DNA from: an uncultured Acidobacteriota bacterium
GTDB lineage: Bacteria > Acidobacteriota > Vicinamibacteria > Vicinamibacterales > 2-12-FULL-66-21
DNA length: 64,000 bases
Direction of reading: 5' to 3'
NCBI GenBank assembly: GCA_963750935.1
Contig: CAVVSR010000018.1
Span: forward strand, 261,234 to 325,233
Below, in pieces: positions 55,283 to 64,000 of the stretch (its first letter is position 1; every line of letters begins with the position of its first letter). The position numbers and the translations under genes are program-made. Under the pieces are notes generated by a model. That model was not told where the DNA came from. It saw only the letters and a program-made list of their open reading frames with translations, and ran no database searches.

Positions 55283-55645
55283 ATTCCGGAGGCACCGGAT
55301 CTTGAAACGGAGCAACGGAGGCATCGGAGATCAACGGAGAAGATAAAAATTGCGGATTCGCGGCGCGCTCCGCGCGCTGTCGGAGGGGCAGGTCCGCTTC
55401 CACAAACGGCTGGATGGCACGAGGGCCGCTTGTGGAAGCGGACCTGCCCCTCCGGCAACGTGCCGGCAAGGCCGGCACGCGCGAATCCTCAGCTCCGGAT
55501 CCGTGGTCTTCGAAACCTCCCGGGGCCGCCAGCGCGGGGAGCGCCGCGAACCCGAAGTCTGTCTTCTCCGTTAACCTTCGTTGGCTCCGTTGCTCCGTTT
55601 CTAAGATCCGGTATCTCCGAACCCTCCGGTATCGAAGATCTCCAG
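55283..55645. repeat. Nested-palindrome (MITE/REP-like) element, copy B
   Basis: The outer inverted repeats are 55294-55320 (accggatcttgaaacggagcaacggag) and 55585-55612 (ctccgttgctccgtttctaagatccggt). Inside them is the pair gattcgcg...cgcgaatc. Further in are the sub-hairpins gcgcgctccgcgcgc and gccggcaaggccggc. The central stem is a perfect 24 bp, pairing 55382-55405 with 55430-55453. Confidence 0.85.
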
Positions 55646-55701
55646 ATACCTCCGAGAGCTCCTGATACGCTTGGACCGCCGCGACTAACTCCATAAACAG
55701 C

Positions 55702-56610
55702 ATGCCTCTACATCTGATACTGGCGCTCTCGTTGATCCTGTCCGCTCCGGCCGTCGTCGCTGACGCCCAGGCCGGGGCAACTCGAGCGCTCGCGAAACAG
55801 TTCGACTACGACCGCACGCTGCCGCTGGACGTCAAGGAGACCAGCCGGCGCGAGCAGGACGGCGCCGTGCTTCGCGACATCACCTATGCGACGTTGACCG
55901 GCGGGCGGAACGCCGCGACCCTGATCGGGCCGCCGAAGGCGGCGGCCGCGCCGGCGCCGGGCATCCTGTTCGCGCACTGGTACGGTCCGCCGGCGCCGAC
56001 CTCCAATCGCACGCAGTTCATCCCCGACGCGATCGCGCTCGCCAGGCTCGGCGTGACCTCGCTGCTGATCGACACGCCGTGGTCGGTGCCCGAGTACTTC
56101 AAGACCCGCACGCGCGCCACCGACTACGCGCGGTCGGTGCAGCAGGTGCGCGATCTCCGCCGCGCGCTCGACGTGCTGCTCGCCCAACCCGGGCTCGACC
56201 GCTCGCGGATCGCCTACGTCGGCCATGACTTCGGCGCGATGTACGGCACGCTCGCGGCCGCCCACGATCCACGCGTCACGCACTTCGTCTTCATGGCCGG
56301 GACCTCGTCGTTCAGCGACTGGTTTCTCTACGGGCCGCCGAAGCTGGAGGGAGCGGCGCGCGACGCATTCGTCGCGGAGCTGGCGCCGCTCGATCCGATC
56401 GGCTGGCTGCCGGCGCTGCGTGTCCCGCTGCTGCTGCAGTTCGCGGACGCCGACGAACACGTGCCAACGGCGCGGCGTGAGCGGCTGATCGCGGCGGCGC
56501 CGACAGGAGCGGACGCCCGCGTCTACCAGGCCGGTCACGAGCTGAACGACGCGGCGACACGCGATCGGCTGGCATGGCTCCGCGGCATGCTGAAGCTCGG
56601 AGATCACTGA
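55702..56610 (+). CDS. Secreted alpha/beta hydrolase (dienelactone-hydrolase-like fold; GHDFG elbow)
   Basis: 302 aa with the signal peptide MPLHLILALSLILSAPAVVADA. The elbow is YVGHDFGAMYG and a late His lies in YQAGHEL. Confidence 0.8.
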   Translation: MPLHLILALSLILSAPAVVADAQAGATRALAKQFDYDRTLPLDVKETSRREQDGAVLRDITYATLTGGRNAATLIGPPKAAAAPAPGILFAHWYGPPAPTSNRTQFIPDAIALARLGVTSLLIDTPWSVPEYFKTRTRATDYARSVQQVRDLRRALDVLLAQPGLDRSRIAYVGHDFGAMYGTLAAAHDPRVTHFVFMAGTSSFSDWFLYGPPKLEGAARDAFVAELAPLDPIGWLPALRVPLLLQFADADEHVPTARRERLIAAAPTGADARVYQAGHELNDAATRDRLAWLRGMLKLGDH

Positions 56611-58002
56611 CCCGCGACGGCGATCGGACCGCGCGCCCGCGTGCCGTCCGGGTGGAACCGTTCGATCTCCTGCAGCTCGCCGTTCGCGAGTGCGCCGATC
56701 GCCCGCACCGTCATCCCGGTCGCGTCGACGGTGACGAGCAGGAAGTGGCATTCGGCCGCCCAGCTGACGGTGTGCGCCTCGCCGGTCCGTCCCGGCGCCC
56801 CTGACCGGATCTTGCTGCCCGCGCCCGACACGAAGTAGTCGATCGCGTTCCGGTGCGAGTGCTGGAAGTTGTGCTCGTGCCCCGAGAAACAGGCGCGCAC
56901 GCCGCCGCGTTCGAACAGCTCGACGATCTCTCCCATGCCGTCGGTGTTGCGGTGCTGCGGGCCGGCGCAGAACGGCGGGTGATGGCAGAAGGGGATCCGC
57001 CAGCGCACCTGTTCGGCCGGCGCCGCGGGGAACGCCTGCTGCACGAACTCGCTGGTGCTTCGGATAGGAGAACAGCCGTCCGCGCTTGAAGAAGTGCTCC
57101 TTCGACGTGTCGATGCACACGAACTCGACGTCGGAGGCGACGCGGAACTTGTAGAACAGGCCCGGTCCCACCGAGGCGCGCCCGGCGGCCTCTTCGGTCG
57201 CCAGGCGGCTGGTCAGATAGAAGTTGTCCATCACCTGGCCGCGATCGTCGTGCTCCTCGGTCTCGCGCGTGTCGTGGTTGCCGATCGAGGGATAGACCGG
57301 CACGCGATTGATCGCGTAGCGGTACGGCTGATAGAACGTGAAGAACCAGTCGTCGTCTTCGTCGCCGGTGTCCTTGGTCCAGAGCAGGAAGCGGCTGGCG
57401 GCGTAGATGTTGTCGCCGGTGGTCAGGATCAGCCGGACGTCCTCGGTGTCGACGGCCTTCTGCAGCGCGAGCGCGACCTCCCGCTGCTGCTTCAGCGCCG
57501 TCGACGGCTTGCGGATCCCGGTGCCGAAGTCACCGATCACCGCGAACGTGAACGGCCGATTCAGCGGCGTCAGCGGATCCTGGTAGGTGCGGAACTCGTT
57601 GCGATACGCGCCGTCCCTCTGGACCAGTCCCTGTGTCGCCGGATCCCAGTCCCAGCGCAGGCCGCTGCCCCAGACCTCGTGCTTGACCTTGACCTGGTAG
57701 GTGTAGCGCGTGTCGGGCTGCAGGCCCGAGATCGCGACGTGGTTGCACTCGTTGGTCATCGCCGTCGCGACCACCGCGCCGGTCTCGTCCCGGACCTCCA
57801 CTTCGGCCGGCCCGTACGGCTTCGACCGGCAGCCAATCGAATCGCAGCGCGGCGGGTGCACCCACTGCAGGTCGTCGTCATCGATCAGCTTGGCGCCGCC
57901 GCCGGCGCGGACGCGGAAGTAGAACGCGCCCCAGGCGATCAGGGCGGATTTGTGCGTCAGACCAGCCAGGTAGACGTAGGGTTCGGCGTGGAACTCGGGC
58001 AT
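56604..58002 (-). pseudogene. Purple-acid-phosphatase-like metallophosphoesterase, split by one extra base as assembled
   Basis: Track ORF 55708..58065 is sensible from the ATG ending at 58002 (MPEFHAEPYVYLAG..., GDFGTG, TTGDNIY, SIGNHD) to ...FSYPKH. ORF 56604..57044 continues with SEFVQQAFP...FCHHPPF...FSGHEHNFQH. The junction is at GG 57054/57055 and the span length is 3n+1. Confidence 0.85.
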
Positions 58003-58096
58003 GGCCACGTTATACAACGGCCGGCTCCACGGGCAGCGCGCGGGCAGCCAAAAGCTCTTGCACAATTCGGCAACGCCAGTCGGCTACAATTCGCGC

Positions 58097-59704
58097 GTGC
58101 TCAGCCGCGTCCCGGCGGGATCGTGGTGGCTGCAAAGCGGCATCGCGGTCATCAGCGCGGTCGTCGCGTTCTGGCTGACGCTCCTGCTGGGGCTGCCCGA
58201 CCGTCCATTCTTCCTGCCGACGATTGCCGTCCTGATCATGGCCCTCCGCGGCGGCCTCACCGCGGGGATGATCACCGGCGTCACCGGGCTCGCACTGGTC
58301 CACGTCTTCGTCATTCCGCATGACAGCCTCTACGGGCTGCCGAGCGCCAAGGACGCCTACGAGCTCGGCATGTTCGCGGCGACCGCCCTCATCATCAGCA
58401 CGTTGGCAGCCAACCGCCGCGACGCCCAGCTGACGCTCGAAGCCACGTTCGGCAGCATCGGCGACGGCGTCATCGTCACCGACAAGCAGGCGCGCGTGCG
58501 TTTCCTCAACAAGGTCGCGGAGGACCTGACCGGCTGGCGCCTCGCCGACGCCCTGGGACATCCGCTGGATCAGGTGTTCACGATCGTCAACGAAGAGACG
58601 CGGAAACCCGTCGACGCGCCGGTCGATCGATCCCTGCGCGACGGCGTGATCGTCGGCCTCGCCAATCACACCGTGCTCATCAGCCGTGACGGGACCGAGC
58701 GGCCGATCTCCGACAGCGGCGCGCCAATCCGGCATCGCGAGAGCGGGCGGATCATCGGCGCCGTGCTGGTCTTCCGTGACGCCAGCGCTCATCGCGCCGC
58801 GGAAATGCGGCTCAAGCAGCAGGCCAGCGAACGGCTGCTGCTGCTCGAGCGCGAGCGCGACGCCCGCGAGGAGGCGGAGCGGGCGAACCGCCTGAAGGAC
58901 GAGTTCCTGGCCACCCTGTCACACGAGCTGCGCACGCCGCTGAACGCCGTGCTCGGATGGGCGCACATGCTCAATCGGCGCCAGCTGACGGAGACACAGC
59001 AGAAGCAGGCGCTCGCCGCGATCTACCGCAACGCGCAATCGCAGACGCGCCTCGTGGACGACGTGCTCGATCTGTCGCGGATCGTGACCGGGCGGATGGC
59101 GCTGGCGTCGGAGCCGGTCGACCTGTCGGAGATCGTCCGCACCACCGCGGAATCGTTCACGCCCGCGGTGCTCGGGAAGCGCCAGGAGCTGCGGCTCGAC
59201 CTCGGACCCAACGCGGAGATCAGCGGCGATCCGCATCGCCTCCGCCAGATCACCTGGAACCTGCTTTCGAATGCGACGAAGTTCACCCCCGAGGAGGGGG
59301 TCATTTCGTGCCGCGTGGCGTCGGTCGGCGAGCGCGTCGAGCTCACGGTGACCGACACCGGACAGGGCATCGAGCCCGGCTTCCTCCCCTACGTGTTCGA
59401 CCGGTTCCGGCAGGGTGACAGCAGCACGACGCGCGGTCACGGCGGTCTCGGGCTGGGCCTCGCACTGGTCCGCCACCTGGTCGAAGCGCACGGCGGGACG
59501 GTGTATGCGACCAGCGCCGGCTCCGGGAAAGGCGCCACGGTGGTGGTCAGGCTGCCAGCTCGCGTGCCTGTCGTCCGTGAGCTGTCGTCCGCGCGGGACA
59601 TGGACGCGCTCGGGCCTGCCCCGGCGACGAACGCAACAGAGGGTGATGAGCGGAGCGAGGTGTCGGACCGGGTGACGGACCAGGCCAGCGCGAACGCGCT
59701 ATAA
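58097..59704 (+). CDS. Membrane sensor histidine kinase (DUF4118-like membrane domain, PAS, HisKA, HATPase)
   Basis: The H-box is FLATLSHELRTPLNAVLGW, with a PAS segment upstream and GHGGLGLGLALV in the ATPase domain. The start is uncertain: ATG 58001 would overlap the divergent neighbour's start codon, whereas GTG 58097 precedes the first TM segment. Confidence 0.88.
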   Translation: MLSRVPAGSWWLQSGIAVISAVVAFWLTLLLGLPDRPFFLPTIAVLIMALRGGLTAGMITGVTGLALVHVFVIPHDSLYGLPSAKDAYELGMFAATALIISTLAANRRDAQLTLEATFGSIGDGVIVTDKQARVRFLNKVAEDLTGWRLADALGHPLDQVFTIVNEETRKPVDAPVDRSLRDGVIVGLANHTVLISRDGTERPISDSGAPIRHRESGRIIGAVLVFRDASAHRAAEMRLKQQASERLLLLERERDAREEAERANRLKDEFLATLSHELRTPLNAVLGWAHMLNRRQLTETQQKQALAAIYRNAQSQTRLVDDVLDLSRIVTGRMALASEPVDLSEIVRTTAESFTPAVLGKRQELRLDLGPNAEISGDPHRLRQITWNLLSNATKFTPEEGVISCRVASVGERVELTVTDTGQGIEPGFLPYVFDRFRQGDSSTTRGHGGLGLGLALVRHLVEAHGGTVYATSAGSGKGATVVVRLPARVPVVRELSSARDMDALGPAPATNATEGDERSEVSDRVTDQASANAL

Positions 59705-60432
59705 TGCAGGTCTTCCCCATGACCATGTCCACGGGTTCCGGACGCATCCTCAACGTCGAAGACGACACACCGGCGCGCTTCCTGAAGAGCCGCATTCTGG
59801 AGCGGGCCGGATTCCAAGTCATAGAAGCGGTCACCGCGGCGGATGCTGTGCGGTCCGCGGCGGATGACAGCCTCCACCTCGTGCTCCTCGACCTCAGGCT
59901 GCCCGATGGCGACGGCTTCATGGTCTGCGAGCAGATCAAGGCGAGCCGCCCGAAGCTCCCGGTCGTCATGATCACGTCCACGTATGCCACGTCCCAGGGA
60001 CGGCAGGACGGCCTGGCCTCAGGCGCCGACGCGTACCTGATCGAACCAGTGCCGGCGGAGCGGCTGGTGCAGGTGGTGCGCCGGTTTCTCGACCCGGGCC
60101 CGGGCGAGACCACCGACGCGGAGGCGTGGATCGTCACCGACGATCGCGGGCTGATGCTCGAGATCAGCGGACCGGGCCACCGGTTGCTGAACCTGTCGGC
60201 GCGGGGCGCCCTCGGGCGAGCCCTGCCGCCGTTCTTCGACGGGGAGCGTCATCAGGTCTTCATCGACATGAGCCACGCGCTCGACGGACAAATCACGCGC
60301 CGCGATGCGGTGCTGCGTCCGCGCGACCGCCGGCCGTTCTCGGTCCGTTTCGAGATTTCCCGCGAGTCGGCCCCGGCCAGCAGCGTGCCTCGGCTCCGCT
60401 GGGTGCTCGAACCGACCACCAAGCTGAACTGA
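59704..60432 (+). CDS. Response regulator: receiver domain plus a PAS-like C-terminal domain, with no DNA-binding domain
   Basis: 242 aa showing RILNVEDD...LVLLDLRLPDGDG...GADAYLIEP. Its ATG overlaps the kinase TAA by 1 nt (TAATG). Confidence 0.88.
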   Translation: MQVFPMTMSTGSGRILNVEDDTPARFLKSRILERAGFQVIEAVTAADAVRSAADDSLHLVLLDLRLPDGDGFMVCEQIKASRPKLPVVMITSTYATSQGRQDGLASGADAYLIEPVPAERLVQVVRRFLDPGPGETTDAEAWIVTDDRGLMLEISGPGHRLLNLSARGALGRALPPFFDGERHQVFIDMSHALDGQITRRDAVLRPRDRRPFSVRFEISRESAPASSVPRLRWVLEPTTKLN

Positions 60433-60446
60433 TACGGCGGCTGCCG

Positions 60447-61353
60447 ATGTCCCGCCTCGACGCCGACATCGATCGCCTCTATCAGGGCTCGCTCGCCGAC
60501 TTCACCGCCGAACGTAACGCGCTGGCCAAGCGCGCCGGTGCCCAGGCCGCCGAGATCCGCGGCCTGACCAAGCCCACTGTCCCCGCCTGGGCCGTCAACC
60601 AGCTCTACTGGCAGAACAAGGCCGGTCTACGACCGTCTGATCGAACGCGCCGAGGATCTTCGCGCCACCCACACCGCCGCGCTGCGAGGACAGCGGACCG
60701 ACCTGCGAGGCGCCGGTCGTGCGCACGAGGAGTCGATCGAAGACGCACTCAAGACGGTGCTGGCGCTGATGAAGGCGAGCGGCCAGCCGGTGACGGATGC
60801 CACACGGCAGGCGATCGCCACGACGCTGCGCAGCCTGCCCGGCGACGAGCCGCCCGGCCGGTTGTCGCGGCAGCTCGAGCCGCGCGGCTTCGAGATGCTG
60901 ACCGCGGCGGCCTCGCAGGGACGCGTGCGTCCCGCCGCGCCGGCGCCGAAATCCTCGCGTCCCGCGGACGGGAACAAGGACGGGAAGAAGGACGGCACGA
61001 ACGACAAGGCCGCCCGCGCCGCGGCCGCGCAGATCGCCGCCGCCCGCGAGGCGCTCGCCGCAGCCGCCCGCGCCGTACGCGACGCCGAGCACGTTGTCCG
61101 GCGGGAAGAGTTCGAGGCCGCGCGCGCGGCACGCGACGCGGAGAAGGCGGAGAAGGCGGTGACCGAGGCGGAGGAGACGTTTCAGCAGGCGGAGCAGGCG
61201 CTCGCGGACGCGAAGCGCGCGGCCGCCACCGCGAGCAAGGCCCGCGACGCCTCGCAGGCGAAGGCCGCGAAGGCCACGACGCAGCTGGAAGCCGCGCAGG
61301 ACAAGGAACAGCGCGCGCAGGCGGCGCTCGACTCGCGCGCCGAGGAATCGTAG
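60447..61353 (+). pseudogene. Hypothetical protein with a globular N-domain, a Lys/Asp/Gly-rich linker and an Ala-rich coiled-coil tail, split by one extra base as assembled
   Basis: The N-terminal part MSRLDADIDRLYQGSLADFTAERNALAKRAG...WAVNQLYWQNKA lies in the frame of ORF 60126... It continues as VYDRLIERAEDLRATHTAALRG...LALMKASGQP in the frame of ORF 60757..61353. The junction is at gccGGtc 60624/60625 and the span length is 3n+1. Confidence 0.7.
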
Positions 61354-61360
61354 GGCCGCG

Positions 61361-63541
61361 TCAGACCGGACGGCGCTCGGCGAGCAGCCGGACCACCGCC
61401 GCGAGCTCGTCCACTTCGACCGGCTTCGGAACGAACTTCTGGAATCCCGCTGTCAGCGCGCGGTCCTGATCCTCCGGATCCGCATAGCCGGTCAGCGCCA
61501 CCGCCGGGATATCGGCAATGGTCGTGGCGCCCAGTGAACGCAGCCGGCGGATGAAGTCGTTGCCGTCTTCGCCGGGCATGCCGATGTCGCTGACGAGCAC
61601 GTCGGGCTTGAACTCGGGCAGGATCCGCATCGCCTCGCGCGCCGATCCCACCGCCGCGGTCTTGGCGCCGCACTGCGCCAGTGCCAGCGACACCACGTCC
61701 CGCGCATCCGCATCGTCGTCCACGACCAGCACCCTTACGCCGTTGAGGGACTGATCGTGCGGCTCGTCGCCCGACACCACGACCGCCTGCTTGATGGCAC
61801 GCACCGGGAGCTGGACGGTGAAGGTCGCGCCGGAGCCCTGGCCCTCACTGAGCGCCTGCACCTTCCCGCCGTGCAGTTCGACGATGTGACGCACGATGGA
61901 GAGGCCGAGGCCGAGCCCCCCGTGCGGGCGGGTCACGGTTGAATCGCCCTGGGTGAACCGATCGAACACGAACGGCAGCAGCTCAGGGCGAATCCCTTCG
62001 CCGCTGTCGCTCACCGTGAGGACGGCGCTCGGTCCCGAACGGGCGATCCGAATCTCGACGCGGCCGCCCGCCGGCGTGAACTTGATCGCGTTCACCAGCA
62101 GGTTCCACACGACCTGCTGCAGGCGATCGGGATCGCCGAGCACGGCGCCCTCGAACTCGGTGTGCTCGGCCAGATGAATGGCCTTGGCCGCGGCAGCCGG
62201 CCTGACCGCGTCGAGCGCGGCGTCCACGACCGGGGTCAGCTCAATCGGCCGCAACTCGAGGCGCAGCCTGCCGGTGACGATGCGGGAGACGTCGAGGATG
62301 TCGGCGATCAGCTGTTCCTGGATGTGCGCGTTGCGCTCGATCGTCTCGAGCGCGCGCTCGTTCGCGGACGCGTCGAGCTTGCCCATCCGGAGCAGCCGCG
62401 TCCAGCCGAGCATCGCGTTGAGCGGCGTGCGGAGCTCGTGCGACAGCGTCGCGAGGAAATCTTCCTTGGCGCGGTTGGCCGCGGCGAGCTCTTCGGCGCG
62501 GCGGCGCAGATCCGCTTCGAGCTGCTTGCGTTCCGTGATGTCCCGGACGACCAGAGAGAAGCCACGCAGGTCGCGCTCGCGGCCGCGGCGCACCGCCGTG
62601 ACGATGACGTGCGCGTCGAACAGCGCGCCCCCGTGCCGCACCCGCAGCGTTTCAGCCGCGAATCGGCCGCGATCGTCGGCCTCGCGGAGGTGCTCGGCGG
62701 GGATGCCGAGATCGCGCTCGAACGGCTGGAAAAAGACCGCGTAGTCGCGGCCGATGATCTCGTCGGCGCCGTAGCCGAACAGCCGCTCCGCGCCCGCATT
62801 CCAGCTGGCGACTTCTCCCTCCGGCGTCAGCATGCAGATCGCGTAGTCCTGGACGCTGTCGAGCAGCAGCCGCAGCCGATCCTCGGCCTGCCGGAGCTCG
62901 TCGGCATTGGCCTCGAGCTCGGCGTGCAGCGCGACGACGCCGCGGTTGGTTTCCTCGAGCTCGGATTGCAGCTCGTGAAATGCCCCGGACAGCTCGTGGT
63001 GCTGCGCCCGCAGCTCCTCCATCGTCAGGGCGTCGAGCGACAGCCGCTGCCCGGGCTCGACGCTATGGGGCACCGGCACCGTCTTCGGCCCGGCGGTCCC
63101 GACGAACAGCGTCCGCAGGCAGATCGACAGCGTCTGCTTCTTCTCGACGACCTCGATATCGTCGACCATGGCGCGCAGGGGCTCGATGAACTCGGCCACA
63201 CGCGAGCGAATCAGCGCGGCGTCTTTTGGGGAACCCAGTGGAACCCGGAACACGACCTGCAGGGAGGGGCCGTCGGAGAGCCGCACTTCGGCGTGCACGC
63301 CGCCATGCGCCACCAGGTGGCGACCGGCATCGTAGGTTGCAGCCGACAGGCTGCGGATGGCACGCGCGGACAGCCCGAACTCCTCGCCGGCGGTGCGGGT
63401 CCGGCGTGTCAGCGACACCAGATCCTGGTCGGCCCGGAGCTCGATGCGGGCGAGGCTGAATCCAGCCGACGATGAAGATTTAGCGGTCACTGGCGGCAGC
63501 GTCCGCAAGGCACACGGGCATCCAGCCTTGGGCAGTTGCAA
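61361..63541 (-). CDS. Hybrid sensor histidine kinase: RsbW-like degenerate N-domain, coiled coil, PAS, HisKA, HATPase and receiver
   Basis: 726 aa. The H-box is FLATLSHELRTPLNAMLGW, with GGLGLGLSIV in the ATPase domain. The C-terminal receiver shows VLVVDDDADARD...DVLVSDIGMPGEDG. The start is uncertain (ATG ending at 63541 or GTG ending at 63490). Confidence 0.88.
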   Translation of the reverse strand: MQLPKAGCPCALRTLPPVTAKSSSSAGFSLARIELRADQDLVSLTRRTRTAGEEFGLSARAIRSLSAATYDAGRHLVAHGGVHAEVRLSDGPSLQVVFRVPLGSPKDAALIRSRVAEFIEPLRAMVDDIEVVEKKQTLSICLRTLFVGTAGPKTVPVPHSVEPGQRLSLDALTMEELRAQHHELSGAFHELQSELEETNRGVVALHAELEANADELRQAEDRLRLLLDSVQDYAICMLTPEGEVASWNAGAERLFGYGADEIIGRDYAVFFQPFERDLGIPAEHLREADDRGRFAAETLRVRHGGALFDAHVIVTAVRRGRERDLRGFSLVVRDITERKQLEADLRRRAEELAAANRAKEDFLATLSHELRTPLNAMLGWTRLLRMGKLDASANERALETIERNAHIQEQLIADILDVSRIVTGRLRLELRPIELTPVVDAALDAVRPAAAAKAIHLAEHTEFEGAVLGDPDRLQQVVWNLLVNAIKFTPAGGRVEIRIARSGPSAVLTVSDSGEGIRPELLPFVFDRFTQGDSTVTRPHGGLGLGLSIVRHIVELHGGKVQALSEGQGSGATFTVQLPVRAIKQAVVVSGDEPHDQSLNGVRVLVVDDDADARDVVSLALAQCGAKTAAVGSAREAMRILPEFKPDVLVSDIGMPGEDGNDFIRRLRSLGATTIADIPAVALTGYADPEDQDRALTAGFQKFVPKPVEVDELAAVVRLLAERRPV

Positions 63542-63702
63542 TCTCTACACCCGCGGGCGGGTCGCGTCAGGGCGAGGGGTTCGAGCGCGGAACCCTCGAG
63601 GAAATGGCTGATTTATTGGGCGTTTCGCGGTCCGACACGCAGCCGACGAGCTGGACGTTTCCGCAGCCCCCCAGGTACAGTACCACCTCGAATACCCATC
63701 GA

Positions 63703-64000
63703 ATGCGACACTTGCTTAGTCTGCCCATTCGGCAGGACCAGGACGTGGTAACTGCCAGGCAGCGGGCGGCGCACATCGGTCAGCTGCTGGGCTTCGACAT
63801 CTCGGAGCAGACGCGCATCGCGACTGCCGTCTCCGAGATCGTCCGCAATGCCTTCCGCTACGCCAGAGGCGGCGTCGTCACCTTCGAGCTTGCCGAGGAC
63901 GCCGAACCGCAGCGCTTTGTCGTGCGCGTCGCCGACGACGGACCGGGCGTGCAGCGCCTTGACGAGGTCCTGTCGGGTCGCTACCGGTCATCGACCGGGA
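63703..64000 (+). CDS. 5' part of an RsbW-like 'anti-sigma regulatory factor' (GHKL ATPase/Ser kinase fold), cut by the window edge
   Basis: Not in the ORF track because it has no stop in the window. From ATG 63703 it reads MRHLLSLPIRQDQDVVTARQRAAHIGQLLGFDISEQTRIATAVSEIVRNAFRYARGGVVTFELAEDAEPQRFVVRVADDGPGV.... An in-frame ATG at 63604 is an alternative start. Confidence 0.7.
   Translation, partial: MRHLLSLPIRQDQDVVTARQRAAHIGQLLGFDISEQTRIATAVSEIVRNAFRYARGGVVTFELAEDAEPQRFVVRVADDGPGVQRLDEVLSGRYRSSTG

Noticed and set aside
55708-56603. The 3' third of track ORF 55708..58065 (-), which would make a 785-aa protein overlapping the hydrolase gene
   Set aside because: After ...FSYPKHQ, the frame turns into Arg/Pro-rich nonsense. 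The true continuation of the phosphoesterase lies in the frame of ORF 56604..57044. The region 55702-56610 is better explained by the + strand hydrolase.
63541-63702. An HTH-like start (LEEMADLLGVSRS...) from the in-frame ATG at 63604 upstream of the RsbW-like gene
   Set aside because: The resemblance to an HTH is only about 12 residues and is followed by Pro/Thr/Ser-rich sequence. Homologues of the RsbW-like family start close to the position of ATG 63703. I keep it only as an alternative start.

Overview
This is a GC-rich bacterial chromosomal segment (by eye about two-thirds G+C), most likely from Acidobacteriota. The taxon call rests on three full-length and two remnant ADOP-type duplicated FtsX permeases plus a VWFA-related acidobacterial-type protein. 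I can support about 48 protein-coding genes. They include:
- Sugar-acid and inositol genes: myo-inositol oxygenase, a LarA-like/gnd/PfkB-kinase operon, a CE15 glucuronoyl esterase and a Zn-dehydrogenase next to an MFS transporter.
- Transporters: Nramp-like, MATE, MFS, SSS and ADOP.
- Phosphatases and hydrolases: PhoD, a purple-acid-type phosphoesterase and several alpha/beta hydrolases.
- Signalling genes: four histidine kinases, four response regulators, AraC, MocR and Crp regulators, and an RsbW-like gene cut by the 3' edge.
- A surface protein gene of about 1,890 codons.

I recognised no rRNA, tRNA, CRISPR array, transposase, integrase or phage gene. tRNAs cannot be fully excluded by eye.

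Three things stand out beyond ordinary annotation:
1. Almost every intergenic region carries its own short-motif repeat array or palindrome. These include G3N4 heptamer arrays bracketing the inositol oxygenase gene and two copies of a 300-bp nested-palindrome element whose central hairpin covaries.
2. Six genes are each broken by exactly one extra nucleotide in a short homopolymer.
3. Several domain architectures are unusual: wHTH + hydrolase + degenerate cyclase, an RsbW-like pseudo-ATPase fused to a hybrid kinase, and a surface protein with six 276-bp tandem repeats.

I did not recognise a defence system or mobile island. The findings are graded accordingly.
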